Source: Solirubrobacteraceae bacterium (GTDB lineage: Bacteria > Actinomycetota > Thermoleophilia > Solirubrobacterales > Solirubrobacteraceae). From it: 62,218 bases of DNA. Below the pieces are notes generated by a model. That model ran no database searches. It was given only the letters and a program-made list of their open reading frames with translations, and was not told the origin of the DNA. The stretch lies in the NCBI GenBank assembly GCA_036259975.1, contig DATAAR010000058.1, positions 1-62,218 of the forward strand, given 5' to 3'. Of this stretch, positions 53,121-62,218 are shown one piece after another; positions within the stretch are counted from its first letter, which is position 1, and each line of letters opens with the position of its first letter. Both the position numbers and the translations under genes were made by a program.

Positions 53121-54409
53121 CCCGCGCCCACGCGAGCTTCGCCACCATCGATGAGGCCATCGCGGACATCCGCGCCGGCAAGATGATCGTGGTGGTCGAC
53201 GACGAGGACCGCGAGAACGAGGGCGACCTCACGATCGCGGCCCAGTTCGTCACGCCCGACGCGATCAACTTCATGGCCAAGCACGCGCGCGGCCTCATCT
53301 GCCTGGCGCTGACCCCGGAGCGGTGCGACGAAATGGGGCTCGACCTCATGGCGGCCAAGAACGAGTCGCCGTTCGAGACCGCCTTCACCGTGTCGGTGGA
53401 GGCGCGCGAGGGCGTGACGACCGGGATCTCGGCGGCGGACCGCGCCCACACCATCCAGGTCGCGATCGATCCCGAGAGCTCGCCGCGCGACCTCGTCCAG
53501 CCGGGGCACGTGTTCCCGCTCAAGGCCAAGCCCGGCGGCGTCCTCGAGCGCACGGGGCAGACCGAGGCGGCGGTCGACCTCGCCCGGCTGGCCGGCCTGA
53601 ACCCGTCGGGCGTGATCTGCGAGGTGATGAACGACGACGGCACCATGGCGCGCGTCGACGACCTCGCGCCGTTCTGCGAGCAGCACGGGCTCAAGATGGT
53701 GACGGTCGCCGACCTGATCGCCTACCGGCGGCTGCACGACCGGCTCGTCGAGCGCGTCGTGGCCACGCGGCTGCCAACCGCGTTCGGCGACTTCGCCGCG
53801 GTCGGCTACCGATCGCTCGTGGACGACAAGCACCATGTGGCGCTCGTGAAGGGCCAGGTCGACGGCGCCGCGGACGTGCTCGTCCGCGTGCACTCCGAGT
53901 GCCTCACCGGCGACGTGTTCCACTCGCTGCGCTGCGACTGCGGCGAGCAGCTCGAGTCCGCGCTGGCCATGATCGAGACCGAGGGCCGCGGCGTGCTGCT
54001 CTACCTCTCGCAGGAGGGGCGCGGTATCGGCCTGCTCAACAAGCTGCGCGCGTACAAGCTGCAGGAGGAGGGCCTCGACACCGTCGACGCGAACCTGCGC
54101 CTGGGGCTGCCCGCCGACCTGCGCGATTACGGCATCGGCGCGCAGATCCTCGTCGACCTCGGCCTGACGAGCATCCGGATCCTCACGAACAACCCGAAGA
54201 AGATCCGCGGCCTCGAGGGCTACGGCCTCAGCGTGACCGCGCAGCTGCCGATCACGCACACCCCGAACCCGCACAACGAGGCCTACCTGCGCGCGAAGGC
54301 GGAGCGCATGGGCCACACGCTGCACCACCAAGGCCTCAACCTGGACGAACAGCTCATCCACGAGGAGCACGAGCGCGACGCCGAGCGCGGGGGGCGCGAG
54401 CTGCCGTGA
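53117..54409 (+). CDS. ribBA: bifunctional 3,4-dihydroxy-2-butanone-4-phosphate synthase / GTP cyclohydrolase II
   Basis: 430 aa: VVDDEDRENEGDL, GQTEAAVDLARLAG (DHBP synthase half), then VHSECLTGDVFHSLRCDCG...EGRGIGL (GCHII half). Confidence 0.9.
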   Translation: MTRAHASFATIDEAIADIRAGKMIVVVDDEDRENEGDLTIAAQFVTPDAINFMAKHARGLICLALTPERCDEMGLDLMAAKNESPFETAFTVSVEAREGVTTGISAADRAHTIQVAIDPESSPRDLVQPGHVFPLKAKPGGVLERTGQTEAAVDLARLAGLNPSGVICEVMNDDGTMARVDDLAPFCEQHGLKMVTVADLIAYRRLHDRLVERVVATRLPTAFGDFAAVGYRSLVDDKHHVALVKGQVDGAADVLVRVHSECLTGDVFHSLRCDCGEQLESALAMIETEGRGVLLYLSQEGRGIGLLNKLRAYKLQEEGLDTVDANLRLGLPADLRDYGIGAQILVDLGLTSIRILTNNPKKIRGLEGYGLSVTAQLPITHTPNPHNEAYLRAKAERMGHTLHHQGLNLDEQLIHEEHERDAERGGRELP

Positions 54410-54828
54410 CGTTCGCGATCGCGGTCGGGCGCTTCTACGAGGAGCTCGCCGACCGGCTCGTGGCCGGCGCGCAGGCGGCGTTCGCCGAGGCGGGGGCGGG
54501 CGAGGCGGACGTGTTCGACGTGCCCGGCGCGTTTGAGCTGCCGCTCGCGGCCAAGCTCTGCGCCGACACCGGGCGCTACGACGGCGTCGCGTGCCTCGGC
54601 GCGGTGATCCGCGGCGAGACCGACCACTACGACTACGTGTGCGCCGAGGCGGCTCGCGGCATCCAGGAGGTCCAGCTGCGCACGGGCGTGCCGTGCGCGT
54701 TCGGGGTTCTCACCGTCGACACGATGGAGCAGGCGATCGCGCGCAGCGGCGGCGGCAAGCGCGACTCCGGCCGCCACGCCGCCGAGGCGGTGCTGGCGCT
54801 CGCGCGGATCCGCGCGCGGCTGCGCTGA
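54406..54828 (+). CDS. ribH: 6,7-dimethyl-8-ribityllumazine synthase
   Basis: 140 aa: VPGAFELPLAAK...ACLGAVIRGETDHYDYV...GVLTVDT. GTGA overlap with ribBA. Confidence 0.9.
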   Translation: MTFAIAVGRFYEELADRLVAGAQAAFAEAGAGEADVFDVPGAFELPLAAKLCADTGRYDGVACLGAVIRGETDHYDYVCAEAARGIQEVQLRTGVPCAFGVLTVDTMEQAIARSGGGKRDSGRHAAEAVLALARIRARLR

Positions 54829-54889
54829 GGGCGTTCGCGCTCTGGCGCCGGAGTGGGACCGGCGCGCGGCCGGCGGTACGCTTCGGGGC

Positions 54890-55216
54890 GTGTCGAAGGA
54901 AGTCCTGGCGATCGGCCTGACGCTGCTCGTGCACATCGTCGGGCTCATTGCGCTGATCTGGGCGCTCGTGCTCGATCCGGAGGACCGGCCGGACTGGCGC
55001 GACTGGTGGCCCGGCGACGACGACGACCGCCCGATCGATCCGGCCCCCAAGCCGCGCGGCGGCGAGCTGCCGCTGGCGGACGCCGTGCCGAGCGCTCTGC
55101 GGCTGCGCGAGCGCACGCGCCTGAGCGACGGCTACCCGCGGCCGGCGCGGCGGCCGGTGCATGCGCCGGAGCCCGCGCCCGAGCGGGTGCCCGAGCCGGC
55201 TGAGCGGCGTTCCTAG
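54890..55216 (+). CDS. small single-pass membrane protein (108 aa), hypothetical
   Basis: GTG start. One TM segment (LAIGLTLLVHIVGLIALIWALVL), then an acidic/proline-rich tail. GC3 is high. Confidence 0.5.
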   Translation: MSKEVLAIGLTLLVHIVGLIALIWALVLDPEDRPDWRDWWPGDDDDRPIDPAPKPRGGELPLADAVPSALRLRERTRLSDGYPRPARRPVHAPEPAPERVPEPAERRS

Positions 55217-55238
55217 CGAGCGCGCTGCGAGCTCGCGG

Positions 55239-55258
55239 GGGCGGCAGCCTTGCCGCCC
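55239..55258 (+). terminator. GC hairpin GGGCGGCA-gcct-TGCCGCCC, 22 nt after the stop at 55216
   Basis: A perfect 8-bp stem with a tetraloop, read directly from the sequence. No U-tract. Confidence 0.4.
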
Positions 55259-55436
55259 GTCGTCCCGCCGTGGGCGGAACCGCGCTTCTGCTCTGTGACC
55301 GTTGGCGTGAGCATCTTTACCTCCCTGTTAGGGAGATCATCGACCGCTCCGCCGGCAGCTTGAACCGTCAAACGCGCACAGTTGCGGGCGAGGTCGCCTC
55401 ATCCGATCGGAGGACTCGGCGGATTCTCGCGGGGTA

Positions 55437-55456
55437 GGGCGGCCGCGCGGCTGCCC
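55437..55456 (-). terminator. GC hairpin immediately downstream of the kinase stop
   Basis: GGGCGGCCgcgcGGCTGCCC forms an 8-bp stem with one imperfect position. It lies 5 nt beyond the stop at 55462-55464. Confidence 0.35.
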
Positions 55457-55461
55457 GCGGG

Positions 55462-57126
55462 TCAGTCGTCGCCCTTGTCTTCGCTCGCGTTGCCGCGGCC
55501 GTTGCCGTTGCCCTTGCCGCGATCGGCCTCACCCGGCTTCGGTGCGTTGCCGGGCGTCGCGGACGGACCGGCGGCCGCGCCCTGGCCCGCTTGCTCTCGC
55601 GCTCGCTCGAGCTCCTGCTTCACGACGCCGCGCTTGTAGTCGCTCACCTCGAGGCGCTCCTCGAGGAACGGGATCGCGTCGCCGGGGCGGCCGCTCTGGC
55701 GCAGCGCGCTGCCGAGGTTGAACAGGGCGAACGCGTAGTCGATCTCGCGAGTGCGGCCCTGCTCGCGGAAGCCCTGGACCGACTGCTGCAGCGGTGCGAC
55801 GGCCCCCGCGGCGTTGCCCTGCTGGAGCATCGCAAAGCCGCGGTCGTTGAGCTCCTTCGGGTCGGCAGACGCCGGCGCGGCCGGCGTGCTGGGCTGTGTC
55901 GGGGCGGTCGGCGTGCTCTGCGTCGGGGCGGCCGGGGCCGACTGCGTCGACTGCGTCCGGCGACGCTCGGACGTCGCCGTCCCCGCGCCGCCGGTCGCCG
56001 GCTGCGCGGCGCGTTCGCGCTCGCCCGAGCCGCTCGAGGTGCCGCCGCTCGTCATCGCGATCGCGGCGACCGCGCCGGCGGCCAGCAACAGCGCGGCCAC
56101 GGCGACGAGCCAGGCCCAGCGCCGGCGGGGCGGCGGAACCGGGGCGGAGCCGGCGCTGGTCCGCGGCCTGCCGGGCGGAGGCGTCGCCGGGTGCTGGGAG
56201 CGCGGCTCGCGCGGCTCGCGCCGGCGCGGAGGGGGCGCCGCCACGGGGACGAACGCCTGCGTCGCGGCGGTGGGCGGCTCGACGGCCTCGGCGTCCCCGC
56301 CCAGCGCGTCCTGCAGGCGGTCGACGAGCTCGCCCGCGGTGGCCGGCCGCTCGGATGGGTCCTTCGCCAGGCCGGCCCGCAGGACGTCGTCGACGGCGAC
56401 CGGCAGCCCGCTCGCCGCCGCGCTGGCCGCCGGCACGGTCGCCTCGACGTGGGCGCGGGCCTGGGCGGCGGGATGCTCGGCCGTGAACGGCCGCCGGCCC
56501 GTGAGCAGCTCGTACGCCACGACGGCGAGGGCGTAGCGGTCGCTCGCGGCGGTTGCGGGGTTGCCGCGCGCCTGCTCGGGCGAGATGTAGGCGGCGGTGC
56601 CGAGGACCTGGCCGGTCACCGTGACCGGCGCCTCGCTCGCGACGGTCGCGATGCCGAAGTCGCCGACGGCCAGCCGTCCGCGCCCGTCCAGCAGCAGGTT
56701 GGCCGGCTTGACGTCGCGGTGCACGACGTCGTGGTCGTGGGCGCAGTCGAGCGCGGTCGCGGTCTCGCGCAGCCAGCGCAGCGCGAGCGGCCGCGGGATC
56801 GGCGTGCCGGCGCGCAGACGGTCGGCGACCGTGCCGCCCGCGAAGTGCTCCATGACCATGAACGCGCGGTCGTCGTGCTCGCCGATGTCGTACACGGTCA
56901 CGACGTGGCGACAGTCGCCGAGCTTCGCCGCGGCCCGCGCCTCGCGCAGGAAGCGCTTGCGCGCACGCTCGTCGCCATCGTAGGCGCGCGACAGCAGCTT
57001 GACCGCGACGAGCCGCCCGAGGAGCTCATCCTCGGCCGCCCAGACGGAAGCCATGCCTCCGTTGGCGATGTGGCGAACGACGCGATACCGGGGCGGGAGC
57101 GAGACCCGCTGCTCGGTTGCCGGCAT
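55462..57126 (-). CDS. Hanks-type Ser/Thr protein kinase with one TM segment and an extracytoplasmic TPR-like domain
   Basis: 554 aa: GGMASVW...VAVKLL (ATP-binding Lys), [20 protein letters not shown]. The TM segment is [23 protein letters not shown] low-complexity linker follows, then helical repeats ([17 protein letters not shown]...[17 protein letters not shown]). Confidence 0.85.
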   Translation of the reverse strand: MPATEQRVSLPPRYRVVRHIANGGMASVWAAEDELLGRLVAVKLLSRAYDGDERARKRFLREARAAAKLGDCRHVVTVYDIGEHDDRAFMVMEHFAGGTVADRLRAGTPIPRPLALRWLRETATALDCAHDHDVVHRDVKPANLLLDGRGRLAVGDFGIATVASEAPVTVTGQVLGTAAYISPEQARGNPATAASDRYALAVVAYELLTGRRPFTAEHPAAQARAHVEATVPAASAAASGLPVAVDDVLRAGLAKDPSERPATAGELVDRLQDALGGDAEAVEPPTAATQAFVPVAAPPPRRREPREPRSQHPATPPPGRPRTSAGSAPVPPPRRRWAWLVAVAALLLAAGAVAAIAMTSGGTSSGSGERERAAQPATGGAGTATSERRRTQSTQSAPAAPTQSTPTAPTQPSTPAAPASADPKELNDRGFAMLQQGNAAGAVAPLQQSVQGFREQGRTREIDYAFALFNLGSALRQSGRPGDAIPFLEERLEVSDYKRGVVKQELERAREQAGQGAAAGPSATPGNAPKPGEADRGKGNGNGRGNASEDKGDD

Positions 57127-57170
57127 CGTCCAGACGCTACCCGACGGTCGGGCAGTACACTCCTCGCCCC

Positions 57171-57362
57171 ATGGCCAAGGTCTGCATCAGCTGCGGGAAG
57201 GGTCCCGCCTTCGGACACAGCCGGAGCCACTCGATGGTGGCCACGAAGCGGCGCTTCGACCCGAACCTGCAGAAGGTCCGGATCCTCGTCGGCAAGGCGC
57301 CTCGCCGCGTGTACGTCTGCACCCGCTGCCTCAAGGCCGGCAAGGTCACCAAGGCCGTTTAG
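57171..57362 (+). CDS. rpmB: 50S ribosomal protein L28 (zinc-binding C+ form)
   Basis: 63 aa: [36 protein letters not shown]...[11 protein letters not shown]. Two CxxC pairs are present. The 18-codon upstream extension in the track ORF is rejected. Confidence 0.9.
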   Translation: MAKVCISCGKGPAFGHSRSHSMVATKRRFDPNLQKVRILVGKAPRRVYVCTRCLKAGKVTKAV

Positions 57363-57398
57363 ATCCAGCCCCGGCGCGCCCCGCCGCGCCGCCCCGCC

Positions 57399-59057
57399 GT
57401 GCTCTCCTCGCCGGAGCCCAGCCTCGTCCGCTTCCGCGCCGCCGTCGAGGGCGCGCTCGCGCACCTCGAGTCGCGCCGCGCGGAGATCAACGACCTCAAC
57501 GTGTTCCCCGTCGCCGACGGGGACACCGGCGACAACATGGCCCTCACGCTGCGCGCCTGCCTGGACGAGGTCGACCGCCTCGCGCGCGCGGAGGGCGAGC
57601 ACACGATCGACGAGCTCGGCCGCGACCAGATCGTCGACTCCGTCGCCCGCGCCGCGCTGCTCGGCGCGCGCGGCAACAGCGGCGTCATCCTCTCGCAGCT
57701 CATCCGCGGCGCCGCCGAGGAGCTCATCTCGCGACCCGGCGAGCTCGTCGACCCGGTGCTCATCGGCGCCGCGATGGCGCGCTCGGCCCAGCGCGCCTAC
57801 GACTCGGTCCGCGCGCCCGCCGAGGGCACCATGCTCACGGTCATGCGCGACATGGCAACGGAGGTTGCCGCCGGTCTGGCGCACATGCCAGATCCGCGGC
57901 TCGTGCCCGGCGCCGACCCCGAGGTGCAGAACCGCCGCATCGCCGACGTGCTCGAGCGCGCGGTCGAGGCAGGCGAGGCGTCGCTGCGCCGCGGCCCGGA
58001 CCTGCTGCCCGCGCTGCGCGACGCGGGCGTCGTGGACGCCGGCGGCTACGGCGTCATCGTGATCCTGGCCGGGGTCGTGGCGGCCCTGCGCGGGGCGCCG
58101 GCGCCCGCGCTCGAGCACCACGCCCCGGCGCGCGTCACCCACCCGGAGCACTCGTCCTCGACGTTCCGCTGGTGCACGAACTTCGCCGTGACCGGCCACG
58201 AGCTCGCGCCGCAGGCGTTCGTGGCGCCGCTCGAGGCGCTGGGCGACTCGGTCCTCGTCGTCGGCGACCGCGCCACGCTCAAGGTGCACGTGCACACCGA
58301 CGACCCGGAGCGGGCCATCGCGGTGTTCGCCGGCGCGGGCGAGGTCTCGCACGTCGACGTCGCCGACATGCGCGCGCAGGTGTCCGAGCGCGGCGAGCGG
58401 CTCTCGAGTGACGGCGGAGCGGCGCCGGCGCGCTCAGGGGCGCTCGCGGTCGTGTCCGGCGCCGGGCTGCGCGCGCTGTTCGAGTCGCTCGGCGCGCACG
58501 TGCTCGATGGCGGCGCGACGCTGAACCCGTCCACCCACGAGCTGCTCGCCGGCATCCACGCGGTCGACGCGGAGCAGGTGGTCGTGCTGCCCAACAGCCC
58601 GAACGTGCGCCTGGCGGCCGAGCGCGCGGCGGAGCTGGCCGAGAAGGACGTCGTCGTGGTGCCGACCCGCTCCCAGCAGGCCGGCCTGGCCGCGGCGGTC
58701 GCGCTGCAGCCCCGGCGCGCCGCCGCCGAGAACGCCGCCGCGATGGAGGCAGTGATCGCCGGCCTGCGCACCGGCGCGGTCGCGCCCGCGGCCCGCGGCG
58801 ACGCGCAGGGCCGGTTCGCGGTCGGCGACGCCGTCGGCTTCGTCGAGGAGGAGATCGTCGCGTGGGGCGAGGCCGAGCCGACGCTCGCCGCCGTGCTCGC
58901 CGCGCTCGGCGACGGCGCCGAGCTCGTTACATGCCTGTCGGGCGCCGGCGCGCCGCTCGCCGAGGCGCGCATCGCCGCGCTCGTCCCCGACGGGGTCGAG
59001 CTCGAGTACTCCGACGGCGGCCAGCCCGGCTACTGGTGGCTGTTGTCCGCTGAGTGA
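57399..59057 (+). CDS. DAK2-domain fusion protein (YloV family)
   Basis: 552 aa: INDLNVFPVADGDTGDNMALT...ARGNSGVILSQL (DhaL-like domain), then a DegV-like C-terminal half. It occupies the conserved position between rpmB and recG. Confidence 0.85.
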   Translation: MLSSPEPSLVRFRAAVEGALAHLESRRAEINDLNVFPVADGDTGDNMALTLRACLDEVDRLARAEGEHTIDELGRDQIVDSVARAALLGARGNSGVILSQLIRGAAEELISRPGELVDPVLIGAAMARSAQRAYDSVRAPAEGTMLTVMRDMATEVAAGLAHMPDPRLVPGADPEVQNRRIADVLERAVEAGEASLRRGPDLLPALRDAGVVDAGGYGVIVILAGVVAALRGAPAPALEHHAPARVTHPEHSSSTFRWCTNFAVTGHELAPQAFVAPLEALGDSVLVVGDRATLKVHVHTDDPERAIAVFAGAGEVSHVDVADMRAQVSERGERLSSDGGAAPARSGALAVVSGAGLRALFESLGAHVLDGGATLNPSTHELLAGIHAVDAEQVVVLPNSPNVRLAAERAAELAEKDVVVVPTRSQQAGLAAAVALQPRRAAAENAAAMEAVIAGLRTGAVAPAARGDAQGRFAVGDAVGFVEEEIVAWGEAEPTLAAVLAALGDGAELVTCLSGAGAPLAEARIAALVPDGVELEYSDGGQPGYWWLLSAE

Positions 59058-61165
59058 CGGACGATCTCCGCGTGCCGCCGCGCGCCTTCGCCGCCACCGA
59101 CGAGCTCGACCGGGCGACGCTCGAGGCCGCCCCCGTGCGCTGGCCGCGGGCGGAGGCGCTCGCGCGGCCGGTCGCGTGGAAGCCCGCGCCCGCGGCCGAC
59201 GCGGCCGAGGCGCTCGGGATCACCACCGTCGGCGCGCTGCTCGAGCACTTGCCGCGCGACACCGGCGAGGCGCGCACCGTCGGCGAGCTGCAGCTCGAGG
59301 AGACCGCCACCGTGCTCGTCGAGGTGCGCAGCGTGCGCAGCCGGCCGGTGCGCCGGCGCGGGATGCGCCCGCTCGTCGAGGCCGTGGTGGGCGACGGCAC
59401 CGGGGTCATGACCGCGACGTTCTTCAACCAGCCGTGGCTCGCGAGCCAGTACAGGCCGGGCACCCGGCTGATGCTGGCCGGCAAGTACCAGGGCCGCAAC
59501 CGCTTCCGGGTCAGCCACCACGCGCGCACCGAAGAGGTCGCCGCGGTGGGCGACTCGGTGGCCGAGTACCCCGCCACGAAGGGGATCACCTCCACCCAGA
59601 TCCTGGCCAAGGTGCGCGAGCACCGCGCCGCGGTCGACGACGTCGTCGAGCCGCTGCCCGCGGCGATGCGGGTCGCCGAGCGGCTGCCGCCGCGGCGCGA
59701 CGCCGTCGCGGCCGCGCACTTCGGCGACCGCGAGGCCGGCCGCCGCCGGCTCGCCTTCGACGAGCTGCTCCTCGACCAGATCGTGCAGCTGCGCCTGCGC
59801 CAGGAGCGCCGCGCGTCGCAGGTCGCCGCGCCCCTGCGCGACGAGCCGACGCTGAGCCGCCGCTGGGTCGAGGAGCTGCTGCCGTTCGCGCCGACCGGCG
59901 ACCAGTGCGCCGCGATGGCCGAGATCGACGCGGACCTCGCCGCGGAGCGGCCGATGTCGCGGCTGCTGATGGGCGAGGTCGGCTCCGGCAAGACGGTCGT
60001 GGCGCTGCACGCGATGCTGCGCGCGGTCGAGCACGGCATGCAGGCGGCGCTCATGGCGCCGACCGAGACGCTGGCCGAGCAGCACTTCGCGACGCTCCAG
60101 ACGCTGATGCCGGGCACGATGGTGCCGGTGGCGTTGCTCACCGGCTCGACCCCGGGCGGGCGGCGGCGCGACATCCTGGCCAAGCTCTCGAGCGGCGAGC
60201 TCGGCCTCGTGGTCGGCACGCACGCGCTGATCGAGGACACCGTCGCCTTCGACCGCCTGGCCGTGGCGGTCGTCGACGAGCAGCATCGCTTCGGCGTGCG
60301 CCAGCGCGCCGCGCTCGACGGGAAGGGGCCCGCCGGGCTGGCGCCGCACGTGCTGCACATGACCGCGACTCCGATCCCGCGCACGCTGCGCCTCGCATCG
60401 TTCGGCGCGCTCGACGTGACGGCGCTGCGCGAGCTGCCGAAGGGCCGCCGGCCGATCGCCACGTTCGTCGCGCCGGGCGAGCGCGAGCGCGAGCGCGCGT
60501 ACGAGCGCATGCGCGAGGAGCTGCGCGCCGGGCGCCAGGCGTTCGTCGTCTGCCCGCTCGTGTCCGAGTCCGAGGCGCTCCAGGCGCGGGCGGCCACGGC
60601 CGAGTACGAGCGGCTGAAGGCCACCGAGCTCGCCGACTTCCGCGTTGTGCTGCTGCACGGCCAGATGCGCCCGCGCGAGAAGGCCGAGGCGATGGAGGCG
60701 TTCGCGTCGGGGGCGGCCGACGTGCTGGTGGCGACGACCGTGATCGAGGTCGGCATCGACGTGCCCAACGCGACCGTGATGCTCGTCGAGGACGCCGACC
60801 GCTACGGGATCTCGCAGCTCCACCAGCTGCGCGGCCGCGTCGGACGCGGCGAGCACGAGTCGCTGTGCCTGCTCTTCGGTCCGCGCGAGTCGCCGCGGCT
60901 GCGAGCGCTGTCCGAGCACAGCGACGGCTTCGCGCTCGCCGAGATCGACCTCGAGCTGCGCGGCGAGGGCGAGCTCTACGGCACCCGCCAGTCCGGCCTC
61001 GCGCGGTTTCGCTTCGCGCGGCTCCCGGACGACGCCGAGGTGCTCGAGCGCGCGCACGCGCGCGCGGCGCTGCTGCTGCGCGAGGACCCGCTGCTCGAGG
61101 CGCCCGAGCACGCGCTGCTGGCCGACGCGCTGGCCGCGGTCGAGCCGGAGGCCGTGGCGGCATGA
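59054..61165 (+). CDS. recG: ATP-dependent DNA helicase RecG
   Basis: 703 aa: a wedge/OB N-terminal domain, the helicase motifs LLMGEVGSGKTVVA and VVDEQHRFGV, MTATPIPRTL, VATTVIEVGIDVPNAT, and QLHQLRGRVGRG. GTGA overlap with the yloV-like gene. Confidence 0.9.
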   Translation: MTDDLRVPPRAFAATDELDRATLEAAPVRWPRAEALARPVAWKPAPAADAAEALGITTVGALLEHLPRDTGEARTVGELQLEETATVLVEVRSVRSRPVRRRGMRPLVEAVVGDGTGVMTATFFNQPWLASQYRPGTRLMLAGKYQGRNRFRVSHHARTEEVAAVGDSVAEYPATKGITSTQILAKVREHRAAVDDVVEPLPAAMRVAERLPPRRDAVAAAHFGDREAGRRRLAFDELLLDQIVQLRLRQERRASQVAAPLRDEPTLSRRWVEELLPFAPTGDQCAAMAEIDADLAAERPMSRLLMGEVGSGKTVVALHAMLRAVEHGMQAALMAPTETLAEQHFATLQTLMPGTMVPVALLTGSTPGGRRRDILAKLSSGELGLVVGTHALIEDTVAFDRLAVAVVDEQHRFGVRQRAALDGKGPAGLAPHVLHMTATPIPRTLRLASFGALDVTALRELPKGRRPIATFVAPGERERERAYERMREELRAGRQAFVVCPLVSESEALQARAATAEYERLKATELADFRVVLLHGQMRPREKAEAMEAFASGAADVLVATTVIEVGIDVPNATVMLVEDADRYGISQLHQLRGRVGRGEHESLCLLFGPRESPRLRALSEHSDGFALAEIDLELRGEGELYGTRQSGLARFRFARLPDDAEVLERAHARAALLLREDPLLEAPEHALLADALAAVEPEAVAA

Positions 61166-61169
61166 GGGC

Positions 61170-61715
61170 GTGCGCGTCGTAGCCGGGCGCTTCGGCGGGC
61201 GCCGGCTCGCCGCGCCGCCGGGCCGCGGCACGCGCCCGACGTCCGATCGCGTGCGCGAGGCGCTGTTCGCGACGCTCGGCCCGCTGGACGGCGAGCGCGT
61301 CCTCGACCTCTACGCGGGGTCGGGCGCGGTGGCCATCGAGGCGCTCTCGCGCGGAGCGGCGAGCGCGCTGCTCGTCGAGCGCGACCCGCGCGCCGTCGCC
61401 GTCATCCGGGCCAACCTGGACGCGCTCGGGCTGGCCGAGCCGGAGGCGCGGATCCACGCCGGGCCGGCGCGCAGCGCACTGAAAAACGCATCACAGCGCG
61501 GAGACACATACGATCTGGTCTTCCTCGATCCCCCGTACCGGAGCGCACCGGAGCTGGGGCGGGAGCTCTCGGCGGCGCTCGGACCGCTGCTGGCGGCCGG
61601 CGGCCGCGTGGTGACGGAGAGCGACCGCCGCGCCCCGCTCGCGCTCGACCTGCCCCTCACGCACGAACGCCGCTACGGCGACACGCTCATCCGCATCCAC
61701 AGCCATGACGCCTGA
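61170..61715 (+). CDS. rsmD: 16S rRNA (guanine966-N2)-methyltransferase RsmD
   Basis: 181 aa: RVVAGRFGGRRL...RPTSDRVREALF...LDLYAGSGAVAIEALSRGA...VFLDPPY. Confidence 0.85.
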   Translation: MRVVAGRFGGRRLAAPPGRGTRPTSDRVREALFATLGPLDGERVLDLYAGSGAVAIEALSRGAASALLVERDPRAVAVIRANLDALGLAEPEARIHAGPARSALKNASQRGDTYDLVFLDPPYRSAPELGRELSAALGPLLAAGGRVVTESDRRAPLALDLPLTHERRYGDTLIRIHSHDA

Positions 61716-62202
61716 TCCCCGCATCGCGGTCTGCCCCGGCTCCTACGACCCGATCACGAACGGGCACCTCGACGTCATCAAGCGCGCCGCCGCGATGTTC
61801 GACGAGGTCGTCGTCGCCATTGTCAACCACCCCGTGCGCAAGGGCGGGACGCTGTTCTCGACCGAGGAGCGGCTCAGCTTCATCGACGAGGCGATCAAGC
61901 CGATCGGCAACGCGCGGTCGGCATCGTTCGACGTCCTGATCGTCGAGTTCGCCCAGAAGGTGGGCGCGCGCGCGATCGTCAAGGGGCTGCGCGCGATCTC
62001 GGACTTCGAGTACGAGATGGAGATGAACCAGCTCAACCGCATGCAGGCGCCTGACATCGACACGCTCTACCTCATGGCGAGCCCGCAGTACAGTTTCCTC
62101 AGCTCGAGCGGTGTCAAGGAGCTGGCGATGTTCGACGGCCAGATCGACGATCTCGTCCCCGAGCGCGTGGCTCGCCGCTTGAAGGAAGAGCTCGCGCGGT
62201 AA
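61705..62202 (+). CDS. coaD: pantetheine-phosphate adenylyltransferase
   Basis: 165 aa: IAVCPGSYDPITNGHLDVIKRA...KGLRAISDFEYEMEMNQLN...SSSGVKE. It overlaps rsmD by 11 nt. Confidence 0.9.
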   Translation: MTPDPRIAVCPGSYDPITNGHLDVIKRAAAMFDEVVVAIVNHPVRKGGTLFSTEERLSFIDEAIKPIGNARSASFDVLIVEFAQKVGARAIVKGLRAISDFEYEMEMNQLNRMQAPDIDTLYLMASPQYSFLSSSGVKELAMFDGQIDDLVPERVARRLKEELAR

Positions 62203-62218
62203 CGAACAGAACGGGTGC

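Overview
This is a very GC-rich chromosomal segment (by eye above 70% G+C, with strong G/C preference at codon position 3). Gene content and order look actinobacterial, possibly Thermoleophilia/Rubrobacteria-like; that lineage guess is inference only. I call about 65 genes, most of them housekeeping.

Gene content, left to right:
- rlmN, rluB
- an aromatic amino acid set: aroH, hisC-like, then aroF-tyrA-aroA
- ftsH, cmk-der, metK, tag, priA, def-fmt
- rsmB, a zinc-ribbon ORF, rpe
- ribD-ribE-ribBA-ribH
- a Ser/Thr kinase
- rpmB-yloV-recG-rsmD-coaD

Two blocks of accessory-type genes interrupt the conserved fmt-rsmB-rpe-ribD backbone:
- Block 1 (24385-29926): an IMPase-family gene, a GGDEF/HD-GYP protein, a decayed ABC-F remnant, a TPP enzyme and a cyclase.
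- Block 2 (about 31985-51383): a REC + histidine kinase + LuxR regulator set, a thioesterase, a GFA protein, small ORFs, an amidohydrolase, a class V PLP enzyme, a MacB/FtsX-type ABC transporter, a ParB-like/cupin pair, and an envelope-glycan cluster.

I saw no rRNA, tRNA, CRISPR array, transposase or integrase.

Main hunting results:
- The best result is a 32-codon ORF (8826-8924), 134 nt upstream of the DAHP synthase operon. Its last 13 codons read F-A-Y-A-Y-A-Y-P-F-A-W-R-F and are followed by alternative pairing segments. I read it as a candidate ribosome-mediated attenuator responding to Phe/Tyr/Trp.
- A bona fide-looking ACC deaminase.
- A strand-specific 20-bp RNA hairpin between priA and def.
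- An identical 11-mer, CTATCGTGGCA, directly upstream of both cmk and priA.
- Leaderless-type TANNNT boxes in the very short divergent gaps.
- Several SD-preceded micro-ORFs.

Limits: no database search or folding program was run. Product calls rest on motif and family recognition by eye. Start codons were chosen by alignment logic and are less certain than stops. The many 800-1700 aa ORFs in the track are stop-codon-poor antisense or out-of-frame artefacts.
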